Positions 10,174 through 19,711 of a stretch of 64,000 bases of DNA are shown here, one piece after another. Position numbers and translations under genes: made by a program. Under the pieces are notes generated by a model. It was not told the origin of the DNA. It saw only the letters and a program-made list of their open reading frames with translations, and made no database searches. The number at the start of each line of letters is the position of its first letter. Position 1 is the first letter of the stretch. Source of the stretch: Candidatus Anderseniibacteriota bacterium (GTDB taxonomy: Bacteria; Patescibacteriota; JAUYIX01); NCBI GenBank assembly GCA_046350855.1, contig JAXLZM010000001.1, positions 14,104 to 78,103 on the forward strand, read 5' to 3'.

Positions 10174-11352
10174 ATGAAGCTATTGCTTTTTACCTCCGTC
10201 AAGGCGGTGCACAGTCAAAAATGGATCCGCAGTTTAGTAGCTCTTCCGTCGCAGCAGAAGAGTGGTCTTGAGATACATGTTGCGACCTTTAGCGTAGCCC
10301 CTGAGGATCGCATCCCGGGAGTCACCTATCACGAGCTTATACCGAGTACTAAAAGTATTCAGAACGACAAAACCCTACCTGTTAGGCAGGCCCAATCCAC
10401 CATTGCGAGCGAAGCCTGGTTGACGTTCAAAAATGGTCTCAAATTTGCCAAGCGGTTTGCTGAGGTGATCCAAAACGTTGCGCCCGATATGGTCCATGCC
10501 CACCAGTCGGTGCCCTTTGGATGGTATGCCGTACGAGGACTTGCCCGCTCCAGAGTAAAAGTTCCCTTGATCGTCTCGGTCTGGGGAACGGATGTGTTGG
10601 CGTATGCCGAGCAACACTGGCTTTTTAGATTAATGAACTATAGCGTCCTCAAACATGCCACCCTCCTTTGTGCGACTAGCCTGGCGTTAGTCCGAGCCGC
10701 GCAGCGTTGGACGCGTAATCCACGTTGGCTCGTGATTCCATTTGGGGTTGATCCACGGTTATTTAGACAAAAAAAGAACGTGGCAGAGCGGGCCCGGGTC
10801 TTTGGTATGGCTAAGCAACTTAAGTTTATTGGCACCTTAGATGTATACGGATTTGAGACGGCACTAGCTGCCCTCAAGCTAGCCAGTCAAAAAAAATCTG
10901 ATCTTATTTTGGAGATCGCTGGCTCCGGCCCTAAAGAACACTATCTTAAAAAACGTGCTCAGGAGTTAGGAGTTGCTGAGCGGGTTCGTTTTTTGGGGCA
11001 GGTTCAGCCACAAGCATTAGCACAGGTGATGACGAGATGGGATGCATTACTGCTGCCCTCACGCCAGGAGAGTTTTGGGGTGGCTGCGGTGGAGGCTGCC
11101 GCGGTTGGGATCCCGGTCATCGGAGCACGAGTAGGAGGTGTGCCAGAGATCGTTCGAGAGGGGCATACCGGTCGGCTCTTAGCACCCTGTACTCCCGAAC
11201 GTTTGGCTGAGGCGATGCTGCACGTAGATGCGTCGTTGCTCAAAAGTGCTCATACAATTGGACCGCAGCTGGTGCGAGAGCGTTTTAGTTGGGACCAAAG
11301 CGTGCAACGCATGTTGCGCGTCTATACAGTCTTAACGGAGCGTGGAGCATGA
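10174..11352 (+). CDS. Glycosyltransferase family 4.
   Basis: The C-terminal VAAVEAAAVGIPVIGARVGGVPEIVREGHTGRL is the Glycos_transf_1 EX7E region. This is the first gene of the long coupled operon. Confidence 0.8.
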   Translation: MKLLLFTSVKAVHSQKWIRSLVALPSQQKSGLEIHVATFSVAPEDRIPGVTYHELIPSTKSIQNDKTLPVRQAQSTIASEAWLTFKNGLKFAKRFAEVIQNVAPDMVHAHQSVPFGWYAVRGLARSRVKVPLIVSVWGTDVLAYAEQHWLFRLMNYSVLKHATLLCATSLALVRAAQRWTRNPRWLVIPFGVDPRLFRQKKNVAERARVFGMAKQLKFIGTLDVYGFETALAALKLASQKKSDLILEIAGSGPKEHYLKKRAQELGVAERVRFLGQVQPQALAQVMTRWDALLLPSRQESFGVAAVEAAAVGIPVIGARVGGVPEIVREGHTGRLLAPCTPERLAEAMLHVDASLLKSAHTIGPQLVRERFSWDQSVQRMLRVYTVLTERGA

Positions 11353-12650
11353 ACGTCTTACGCAAAGGTTTTGGCGTTTTTATTACGCGCATCTGGACCG
11401 CGGCGGTTTCGCTCATTTTAAGTATCGTCGTAGCACGCGCATTTGGAGCGGATGGCAAGGGGGTCGCTTCGCTCATCTTGCTTTTACCAACCTTACTTGG
11501 AACCTTCGGTAACGCCGGCTTACATATCGCTAATGTGTACCTATATGGCAAACGCGGTGCGCGGATCGAGGCACTCGCCGCTAACTCCATTTGGGTGGCG
11601 CTCGTCCTGGGTCTTGTAGTCACCGGACTCTCACTCGCGCTTTATCCACTGTTAGGACCGCGCTTGTTTGCAGGCGTTCCGGGTTCTTATTTGCTAGCCG
11701 TGACCCTTTTGACTCCGGCTATGCTGGTCTGTTCGTACTTTGGAAATTTACTCCTCGCCACACGTCGAATAAACGCTTTTAACCTAACGGTCGCGCTCCA
11801 AACGGCACTGCAACTCGTAACCGTCCTGGCCGCCGTCTACATTTTTGACGCAGGGGTGGTTGCCGTAGTGTACGGCTTGGTAGCCAACTTACTGTTTGGG
11901 GCTGTCGTCTCGCTGGTCTTGGTCTATCGCACGCACCCTTTTGGTTGGCACTTTGAGCGTGGACTCTTTAGAGAGAGTATTCGCTACGGACTCAAGGGCT
12001 ACCTCGCCAATGCTTTACAGTTTTTAAACTACCGGAGTGACGTTTTAATCGTCAGTTATTTTTTGGGAACGGTCGCGGTCGGCTGGTACAGCGTGGCGGT
12101 CAACTTTGCCGAGATCCTCTGGTACGTCCCGACCGCGCTTGGCACGATTTTGTTTCCGGTGGTTGCGACCTCAGCTTTTGAGTTGGCTAACCAAACCACC
12201 GCCCGCATCAGTCGCCAAACCGTTTTGCTCATGACTTTTGCCTCGGCTGGTGTAGCACTGGCCTGTCCCTGGCTGATTCCTAAAGTCTTTGGTCCTGAGT
12301 TTGAACCCGCCGTCAATGCCCTCTTAGTGTTGCTACCAGGAGTACTCATCTTTTCGGTTGCCAAAATTTTAGGTAATGATTTTTCGGGGAGGGGACTGGT
12401 CGTGACTAATAGTGTGATTAGTGGTTTAGCACTGGTTGCCAACGTTGGGCTTAATATTCTATTTATCCCACGGTTGGGCATCAACGGCGCCGCACTCTCC
12501 TCGACCATTACCTACTCGCTGGCCACAATCGTGTTGGTTATTTTGTTTGCCCGACATACCAAGACGCCCATTGGCCGAGTGGTTCTGCCAGAGAATGGGG
12601 ACGTGATGGATTTGGTACGGTCGGCTCGCTTTAAAAAACGCCCGTCATGA
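11349..12650 (+). CDS. Polysaccharide flippase (Wzx/MOP superfamily) membrane protein.
   Basis: It is a roughly 430-aa polytopic membrane protein with 12 or more hydrophobic segments. An internal ATG at 11349 overlaps the upstream TGA (ATGA). Its position inside a GT cluster is typical of Wzx. Confidence 0.7.
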   Translation: MNVLRKGFGVFITRIWTAAVSLILSIVVARAFGADGKGVASLILLLPTLLGTFGNAGLHIANVYLYGKRGARIEALAANSIWVALVLGLVVTGLSLALYPLLGPRLFAGVPGSYLLAVTLLTPAMLVCSYFGNLLLATRRINAFNLTVALQTALQLVTVLAAVYIFDAGVVAVVYGLVANLLFGAVVSLVLVYRTHPFGWHFERGLFRESIRYGLKGYLANALQFLNYRSDVLIVSYFLGTVAVGWYSVAVNFAEILWYVPTALGTILFPVVATSAFELANQTTARISRQTVLLMTFASAGVALACPWLIPKVFGPEFEPAVNALLVLLPGVLIFSVAKILGNDFSGRGLVVTNSVISGLALVANVGLNILFIPRLGINGAALSSTITYSLATIVLVILFARHTKTPIGRVVLPENGDVMDLVRSARFKKRPS

Positions 12651-13825
12651 ACACAGACCTACGGCCTCTGACTCCAAAAAAAATCGTTATGACGGTCGCT
12701 AATGAATTTACGACCGACTATCGTGTTTTTAGAGAGGCGAGTGCGCTGACCCAGGCAGGCTATGATGTCACGGTTTTGTGCGTGTACCGTGCGGGATTGC
12801 CACGGAGCGAAGAGCGCGCAGGTGTGCACATACGCCGCGTCCTTGACCAACATTTGCGTCTGCCCGTAACGCGTCGGGCCCGGGCGGTGCGGCGGGTCTG
12901 GTGGCAGGCCTTAGTCGCCGCCAAAGCCGATCTGTACCACGCACATGACCGCGATACGCTCGATCTGACCGCCCGCGTGGCGCGTCGCTTTAACGTGCCG
13001 TTTATCTATGATTCGCACGAATTTTGGCCTGATAAAAACCAGTACGAGAACAATACCGGCAGTCTGCGTGATCGTCTCTCTGAGCGGTGGTGGACCGCCA
13101 AAGAGCGCCGCTACGCCCGGCAAGCAAGTGCCAGTATCATGACCAGTGAAGGACATGCCCGTGGGTTGCGACTGCTATATAGTGTCGCGCAACCGGTCTT
13201 AGTACGTAACATCCCCGAGTACCAGCGTGGCCAGGACAAGACTTACTTTAGAAAACGGTTTGGCCTCAAATCGGATGACTTTTTAATCCTGTACTCCGGC
13301 AACATCCAACGCAATCGTGGCCTCGAGCAAGTTTTGGCCGCACTGCGCTTGCTCCCCAAGCACTGTCACTTGGTTATCGTTGGCTATGGACCGTACGCCA
13401 AAACGCTCGAGCAGAGCTTGGCACCCGATCTGCGTCCGCGGGTGCACTTTCATGCTGCGATCCCATTTACGCAGTTGGTGGCGGCCCAGTCTTCGGCCGA
13501 TCTAGGAGTAGCACCGTTCCAGGCCAACTGTTTTAGCCACCGTCACGTGTTACCCAACAAGCCCTTTGAGTACATGATGGCGGAGTTACCCGTGGCGGTT
13601 AGTGCTCTACCGGAGCTGAGCCGTCTGGTACAGGCTGTTGGCTACGGCGAGGTCTTTAAGCCGGATGAACCCAAAGATATCGCCCGTGTCATTAACGGGA
13701 TGTTGCATGATCCGGCTCGGTTACAGCGCTACCGGGAACGGGCCCGGACTGCCTCCGAGACGACCTATCGCTGGGACAAAGAAAAACTAGCCTTGCTCAG
13801 GCTGTATAAACGGATCGTGCCATGA
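12647..13825 (+). CDS. Glycosyltransferase family 4.
   Basis: It has the GT4 architecture with an N-terminal Rossmann start and a C-terminal sugar-donor domain. It is coupled by ATGA to both neighbours. Confidence 0.7.
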   Translation: MNTDLRPLTPKKIVMTVANEFTTDYRVFREASALTQAGYDVTVLCVYRAGLPRSEERAGVHIRRVLDQHLRLPVTRRARAVRRVWWQALVAAKADLYHAHDRDTLDLTARVARRFNVPFIYDSHEFWPDKNQYENNTGSLRDRLSERWWTAKERRYARQASASIMTSEGHARGLRLLYSVAQPVLVRNIPEYQRGQDKTYFRKRFGLKSDDFLILYSGNIQRNRGLEQVLAALRLLPKHCHLVIVGYGPYAKTLEQSLAPDLRPRVHFHAAIPFTQLVAAQSSADLGVAPFQANCFSHRHVLPNKPFEYMMAELPVAVSALPELSRLVQAVGYGEVFKPDEPKDIARVINGMLHDPARLQRYRERARTASETTYRWDKEKLALLRLYKRIVP

Positions 13826-15060
13826 GTCGCTCACTGCGCTCAATGTTATTGGTAGCGTACTACTATCCGCCGCGCGGTGGAGGTGGTGTGCAACGCACGG
13901 TTAAATTTGCTAAGTATTTGCCAGCCTTTGGGGTTCGGCCGGTGGTATTAACCGTGGGTGCCGCGCCACGTTCACTCGTGGACCACTCTTTTAGTGTGGC
14001 CAAAGATGTTGTCCGGGTACCGTACCGCGAACCTGGTCGCTTTTTGGGACGATTGTTTGAGTACACTCGACTTGAGCGCATTGCGGGGTGGATCAGACCC
14101 GCCATTCGACAAGCTCTTGCGACCGTGCATGAGCAGGGGATCGAGCTGCTCTACTCAACCGCCTCGCCGTACAGTAATCATATTGTGGCTTTGCAGGTCG
14201 CGCGTGAGTTGGGCCTGCCCTGGATCGCCGATTTTAGGGATCTCTGGACGGGCAATGCCCTGTACCGCGCTCGTACACCCTGGATTGCAAAACACCATCG
14301 GACTTTAGAGGCAACGGTCTATCGCGAAGCCACCAAGATTGTAGTCACGAGCCCTTCGCAAAAAAAGTATGTCATAGAGGATTTTGGCGTGGCTCCTGAC
14401 AAAATTGTGGTGATTACTAACGGATTTGACTCGCAGGACTTTGCCCAATCCCGTGCCTTGGCAGAACCCACCAACACTACGGCTGCCGCGAGCACCAGTA
14501 GCACACTTGAAATTGGTTACATCGGCTCTTTTTATGGCGACTACCGCCCGGATGATTTTTTACTGGCTCTGCGTTTTTTGCTGCAGCGCCGACCCGAAGT
14601 TTTGCGCGGGGTGCGTTTTAGATTTATTGGGGATTACGATCGGACCAGTCGTGAGGTCCTCGGCCATCCAGAACTCGCGCACGTTATTTCGGTCGAGTCA
14701 TACCTACCGCATGACCAATTACAACGTATGCGCGCCGGGCTTGCGGCAAACCTGCTCTACCTACCAGACCAGGGCGAACGGATTAGGGCTATGATTCCGC
14801 AAAAAGTGTTTGAGTACCTGGCCACCGGTAAGCCGCTTTTTGCGGTGCTGCCCGCCAGTGATGTGGGCGATATTTTATTGCAACACAAAGCCGCGACCCT
14901 GGCCCCTGCCGGCGATCCACTCGGGATTGCCCACACCTTGCAGACTTTTCTTGAGCAGCTGCGGGCCGGCAAGGCAGCACGACCGCAGGGAGATTTTAGC
15001 GCCTTTGAACGTAAAAACCTGACCGCCAAGCTGGCGCGGGTCATTGAGGAGATCGCATGA
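13822..15060 (+). CDS. Glycosyltransferase family 4.
   Basis: The N-terminus LLVAYYYPPRGGGGVQRTVKFAKYL is GT4-like. It is translationally coupled to its neighbours. Confidence 0.7.
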   Translation: MSRSLRSMLLVAYYYPPRGGGGVQRTVKFAKYLPAFGVRPVVLTVGAAPRSLVDHSFSVAKDVVRVPYREPGRFLGRLFEYTRLERIAGWIRPAIRQALATVHEQGIELLYSTASPYSNHIVALQVARELGLPWIADFRDLWTGNALYRARTPWIAKHHRTLEATVYREATKIVVTSPSQKKYVIEDFGVAPDKIVVITNGFDSQDFAQSRALAEPTNTTAAASTSSTLEIGYIGSFYGDYRPDDFLLALRFLLQRRPEVLRGVRFRFIGDYDRTSREVLGHPELAHVISVESYLPHDQLQRMRAGLAANLLYLPDQGERIRAMIPQKVFEYLATGKPLFAVLPASDVGDILLQHKAATLAPAGDPLGIAHTLQTFLEQLRAGKAARPQGDFSAFERKNLTAKLARVIEEIA

Positions 15061-16196
15061 TTGTACGTGGCAAAACGATCGTACTGATCGCGACGGTTGC
15101 ATGGCAGCGTAACTGGCAGCGCCAGCAAGAGTGGGCTAAGCGCCTGGCCGAGCATAACCGGGTTTTATACGTAGCGCCCTACGGTATGACCAGTATGGGT
15201 CCACTGACCGTGCTTAAAAAATTTGCCCGGGAGCGCGGCTTTACCTACCAACATCATCTCTCAACTCAGGCCCAAAAAAATCTAGAGCACGTGCGGCTCA
15301 AATTTATCCCGATCCGCAACAAAGTCTGGCTTAATTGGGTTAACGTCCGCTGGATGCAGCACCAGCTCAAAAAGCTGGGAGTCTTGGATGGACCTGAGAC
15401 GCTTTTTTGGGTCTGTAATCCGGCCGACACAAGTGTTGCCTTGGTTACCCGGTACCCCAAGTCACGTGTTCTCTACGATATTGCTATGCGGTTCAGCCTG
15501 CTGCCCGACGCACCCCCCTGGATTATGGAGTCACAGGCTAGACTGGCCGAGCGCGCCAACGTGATCATCTATGACGCCACGGCTTCGCTGGAGGACTTGC
15601 CAAGCAATAGCCACTATAAAGCGACGTACATACCGCAAGGTTGTGCGGAGGAACGTCTCACGCAAACCGTAAAGGAGCACCCGGCGGTCGCCCAGATCCC
15701 ACACCCACGTGCGGTGTACATTGGACTAGACACGGTCTTGGACGTGCCGCTCCTCAAAAAATTGTTGGCCGAAGTCCCAGCCCTGCAGCTTGTCATGATT
15801 GGCGATGTGTCGCCTCATCCAATTGAGGATCCTCGCGTACACTGGATCGGCCCGGTAAACTACCACCAAAAAGATCGCTACCTGGCCGGGGCGGACGTAG
15901 CCCTTATCCCATATTTGGTTAACCGCTACACGGCTGGAACGTTCCCGACTAAGTTTTTTGAGTATCGCGCCTTGGGCTTGCCGGTCGTGAGCACCGCCTT
16001 ACCCGAACTCAGGCAATTTACCGGGCAGGTGCAACTCGCCAAGACGCCTCTCCAGTTTGTAGAGCAGGTCCGGACTCTGCTGAACAAATCCGCTAAGAGC
16101 AACGGCATAGTACAGACGGTACCGCACGACTTTTTGGCAGAACACACCTGGTCCAAGCGTTTTGAAAAAGTGCAAGAAGTGCTGGGGCCACTCTAA
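15057..16196 (+). CDS. Glycosyltransferase with a GT1-like C-terminal domain.
   Basis: The C-terminal ADVALIPYLVNRYTAGTFPTKFFEYRALGLPVVSTALPEL resembles the Glycos_transf_1 core. The N-terminal domain is divergent. Confidence 0.55.
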   Translation: MIVRGKTIVLIATVAWQRNWQRQQEWAKRLAEHNRVLYVAPYGMTSMGPLTVLKKFARERGFTYQHHLSTQAQKNLEHVRLKFIPIRNKVWLNWVNVRWMQHQLKKLGVLDGPETLFWVCNPADTSVALVTRYPKSRVLYDIAMRFSLLPDAPPWIMESQARLAERANVIIYDATASLEDLPSNSHYKATYIPQGCAEERLTQTVKEHPAVAQIPHPRAVYIGLDTVLDVPLLKKLLAEVPALQLVMIGDVSPHPIEDPRVHWIGPVNYHQKDRYLAGADVALIPYLVNRYTAGTFPTKFFEYRALGLPVVSTALPELRQFTGQVQLAKTPLQFVEQVRTLLNKSAKSNGIVQTVPHDFLAEHTWSKRFEKVQEVLGPL

Positions 16197-16200
16197 TTGT

Positions 16201-18831
16201 ATGCGCGCCAAAACTGCCATCCTCCAATTTAGCGCTCTACTGTTCCTGACCGCGGCCGTAGAGTTTAGTGGTCTACCTTGGGCTCCTTGGTTTGCGCTCC
16301 TGGCTACACTCCTTTTAGCACTGCACTGGACGCGCCAGGGTAAACAACGTTGGATTTTGTATGGCGTCTTGATCTTGACGCTTTTTCCGGAGTTTCAATC
16401 GGGGACACTCGGGGGTCTTGAACTCCATCACATTTTAGCGCTCGTCCTGGCAGTGGTGGTCTTGGTGCCGTGGTTAGTGGTTCGGCCACGACCGCTCCCA
16501 CGCCTCTCGCGTCTACTCATTCTGTACTATGGAGTGGCTCTGGCGGTAACACTCCTGCAGGCCGGTTCACTCGCCAGTACGCATCGCTTGTTGACCGTTA
16601 GTCTCTTTGTCCTCATCGCGTTGCTGGTGCCGTTTGTGGTTACAAAACGTCAGGAGTTGCTCGAACTTTTTTGGGTGCTCACCGCTGCCACTCTTGTCTC
16701 ACTCGTGGTTGGTTTGGCCGCCTACTACTACGCTAGTCTCACGCATACACTCTTTACCAACCCGTACATTCATATCAGCACGGTCGAGGGAGTACCACGT
16801 CTAGCCGCAACCGTACTAGACTCTAACTTTTTGGGGCATCAACTCTTACTAATCGTCCCAGGGTTACTACTGATTACGCACAAATTGCAGGCCCATCTAC
16901 CACGTCTCAAACGTACCGCGCTCTTTTTAGTGACGACCTTTTGTCTTGCCGCCCTCTGGTTAACCTACTCGCGCTCGACCTACCTAGGATTGGCTGTGGC
17001 AGTGGTCGTTCTGCTCTTGGCGGTTCGTCAAAAAATTTGGCGCACCCTGCTCTCCGTCACGATCGCAAGTCTGGCGCTGGCGACGATTTTGATTTCGGCC
17101 TTTCCGTTTTATTCGATCTACCGGGTGCCGTCGAGGGTGTTGCCGACCGAGACTAAAGAGCGGTTGCTTTTAGGTTTTAATCCGCGGGCCTTGGTCGATG
17201 AGTACATTGCACAAATCCAATCGGACCCCACGTTGAGTGAGGAGGAGCGCGAGCAACTCTTGGCACGAGATGTCTCGTCCGAGTCGCTCGGCTACCGCAT
17301 TGAGTTTTGGAAGGCTGGAATACGTATGTTTAAAGACCATCCGGTTTTGGGGGTCGGGGTCGGGCAGTTTCGCTACCGCTTTACGGAGTACTCGGACTTG
17401 AGCTTTATTCAGCAGCCCGACATGCACAATATTTTTATCGAGCAGCTGGCCGAGACGGGTCTCTTGGGTGAACTCGCTCTGCTGCTTGTACTTGGATACG
17501 CCTGTCTCGTTTTGACCCAGACCATCCGGCACGGCACACAAGCAACCAAGCAAGAGGCCAGTGTGCTCTTGGCAGTACTCCTGGCCTTACTTACACAATC
17601 GTTGCTACTCGGTGGTCTCGGCGCTCTACCTATGTACTTGGCCTTGGGAGTGAGTGCCCGCTACGCCTCCTCAGCTCTTTATAAAACTAAAAAACCCCAA
17701 GCGGCGCGACGACGAGTGGTCTTTATCACCGCTACAACCAAAAAAGATGGGCCGGGTAATGTCCTCTTTACCCAAATTAAGGGGCTAGATCGCACACGTT
17801 TTGAGCCGATCGTACTCACCATCTTGCGGGGTGGACCCTGGGATCCCGAATATAGAAAAATGGGTGTACGGCGCATCAATTTGCGTCTACGCAAACCGTT
17901 GGATTTGGCCGCACCGTTTATTTTGTGGATACTGCTACGGCGCTTAAGACCCGCCTTGGTGCAAACCCAAATGATTCGCGGGGACGTTTATGGTCGTTGG
18001 GCCGCCCTTCGTGCAGACGTACCGTTTATTTCGGTCGTGCACAACATGGATATCTGGAAGCAAACTAAGCGGCGCTTTCATCGGTTTGCGACCTGGTTTG
18101 ACGCGCAGGGGCTACTCCAAGCACGCGCCGTCGTAGCCGTCTCGGATGCGGTCAAAAAACACTTACACACTCGACAGGGGATCAACCTCGATATGATTAC
18201 GGTCATCCGTAACGCGGTTGACTTTAAGCGCTTTGCAAAAAAACCAAGTGCGGGGCAACTGGCTCACTTGCGTTTAGAGCTTGGGATTCCTCCTGGTGCT
18301 CCGGTGGTCTTTACCGTAGCGCGAGTTCACCCACAAAAAGCACCTGAGATTTGGTTGCAGGCCGCACTGCAGGTCTTGCGCACCCAGCCTCAGGTCTACT
18401 TTGTATGGGCCGACCGCGGTCCGCTGCTTAACGAGATGCGCAGGGCGGTTCCTCCTCAGTACCGCAAGCAGATCAAGTTTATTGGGTTCCGCACCGACAT
18501 TGCTGAGTTGCTGTATTTGGGTGACCTCTTTGTCTTACCCTCGCGCTTTGAGGGGTTACCTATGGTACTGCTCGAGGCCATGGCCGCCGGTCGGGCCTGC
18601 ATCGCAACTAACGTCTCGGGCAATCCTGAACTCATCGCCCACAACGAGCGGGGTGTGCTGGTTGCTCCAAATCAACCCCTGCAACTCGCGACGGCACTAC
18701 GGGAACTTCTAACAGATCAGCCACGCAGAGAGCGTTTGGGCAGGGCGGCGCAGCGGTTCATCCAGCAAAACTTTACCAGTGAACGGTTATCACGGGAATA
18801 TCAGGACTTGTTTGTTGCACTACTAAGCTAG
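16201..18831 (+). CDS. Fusion protein with an N-terminal polytopic Wzy/O-antigen-ligase-like polymerase domain and a C-terminal GT4 glycosyltransferase domain.
   Basis: The N-terminal 500 aa are highly hydrophobic and carry the Wzy_C/O-antigen-ligase signature GYRIEFWKAGIRMFKDHPVLGVGVGQFRY. The C-terminal region from about aa 520 (VVFITATTKKDGPG...EAMAAGRACIATNVSGNPELI) is GT4. Confidence 0.7.
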   Translation: MRAKTAILQFSALLFLTAAVEFSGLPWAPWFALLATLLLALHWTRQGKQRWILYGVLILTLFPEFQSGTLGGLELHHILALVLAVVVLVPWLVVRPRPLPRLSRLLILYYGVALAVTLLQAGSLASTHRLLTVSLFVLIALLVPFVVTKRQELLELFWVLTAATLVSLVVGLAAYYYASLTHTLFTNPYIHISTVEGVPRLAATVLDSNFLGHQLLLIVPGLLLITHKLQAHLPRLKRTALFLVTTFCLAALWLTYSRSTYLGLAVAVVVLLLAVRQKIWRTLLSVTIASLALATILISAFPFYSIYRVPSRVLPTETKERLLLGFNPRALVDEYIAQIQSDPTLSEEEREQLLARDVSSESLGYRIEFWKAGIRMFKDHPVLGVGVGQFRYRFTEYSDLSFIQQPDMHNIFIEQLAETGLLGELALLLVLGYACLVLTQTIRHGTQATKQEASVLLAVLLALLTQSLLLGGLGALPMYLALGVSARYASSALYKTKKPQAARRRVVFITATTKKDGPGNVLFTQIKGLDRTRFEPIVLTILRGGPWDPEYRKMGVRRINLRLRKPLDLAAPFILWILLRRLRPALVQTQMIRGDVYGRWAALRADVPFISVVHNMDIWKQTKRRFHRFATWFDAQGLLQARAVVAVSDAVKKHLHTRQGINLDMITVIRNAVDFKRFAKKPSAGQLAHLRLELGIPPGAPVVFTVARVHPQKAPEIWLQAALQVLRTQPQVYFVWADRGPLLNEMRRAVPPQYRKQIKFIGFRTDIAELLYLGDLFVLPSRFEGLPMVLLEAMAAGRACIATNVSGNPELIAHNERGVLVAPNQPLQLATALRELLTDQPRRERLGRAAQRFIQQNFTSERLSREYQDLFVALLS

Positions 18832-18833
18832 CC

Positions 18834-19676
18834 ATGCGTATCTCGACCGTCATCGTCAACTATAAAACGCCGGAGTTGCTACGGGAGTGTTTGCGTTCGC
18901 TCGCTCAACACGCGCCCCAAGCTCGGGACATTATCGTGGTCGACAATGCCTCCAAGGACGAGACCATCGCTTTGCTAGCGCGGGAGTTTCCGCAGGTGCG
19001 ACGCATCGCCTCACGTACCAATGCCGGGTTTGCCAAGGCGGTCAACTGGGGAATTACCAACGCGCGGGAGCCCTACATTTTAATCCTCAATCCGGACGTG
19101 ATCGTCTCGGCTGGTTCGGTTCAACGTCTCTACCAAGAGTTGGAGACCGCGCCGGACATCGCTTTGATTGCGCCCAAGTTGCAGTACCCGGACGGATCGC
19201 TCCAGTACTCCTGTTGTCGCTTTCAAACCCCGACTTACATTGTGGCGCACCGCAGCTGGCTTGGTTCAACCAGTTTTGGACAGCGCCTGATCAACCACGT
19301 CCGCATGGTCGATTATGATCATAAAACTCCGCGGGACGTGGACTGGGTGATTGGGGGCTGTATGTTGGTACGACGCAGCGCCATCGAGGAGGTGGGGTTA
19401 ATGGATGAACGCTACTGGCTCTACATCGAAGACATGGATTGGTGTCGGGCCTTTTGGCAAGCCGGCTGGCGGGTTCGCTATGACCCACGCGCGGTGATGA
19501 CCCACCACTACCGTCGCCAATCGGCCAAAGCCCACGGGGTGCGCGGTTTGCTAACTCCACTCGGTCGAGCCCACTTTATCTCGGGAGCCAAGTATTTTGT
19601 TAAGCACATCGGCAACCGTCGTCGTCTAACCGAGGCCCGCAAAACTGGCCAGGACAGCGCGCTGGCGACTCATTGA
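18834..19676 (+). CDS. Glycosyltransferase family 2.
   Basis: ISTVIVNYKTPELLRECLRSL...VVDNASKDETIAL and the DxD region match the GT2 N-terminal signature. Confidence 0.8.
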   Translation: MRISTVIVNYKTPELLRECLRSLAQHAPQARDIIVVDNASKDETIALLAREFPQVRRIASRTNAGFAKAVNWGITNAREPYILILNPDVIVSAGSVQRLYQELETAPDIALIAPKLQYPDGSLQYSCCRFQTPTYIVAHRSWLGSTSFGQRLINHVRMVDYDHKTPRDVDWVIGGCMLVRRSAIEEVGLMDERYWLYIEDMDWCRAFWQAGWRVRYDPRAVMTHHYRRQSAKAHGVRGLLTPLGRAHFISGAKYFVKHIGNRRRLTEARKTGQDSALATH

Positions 19677-19711
19677 CAAGCGTCCAAAGTTTTGGCATAC
19701 TGGCGCGCTTT

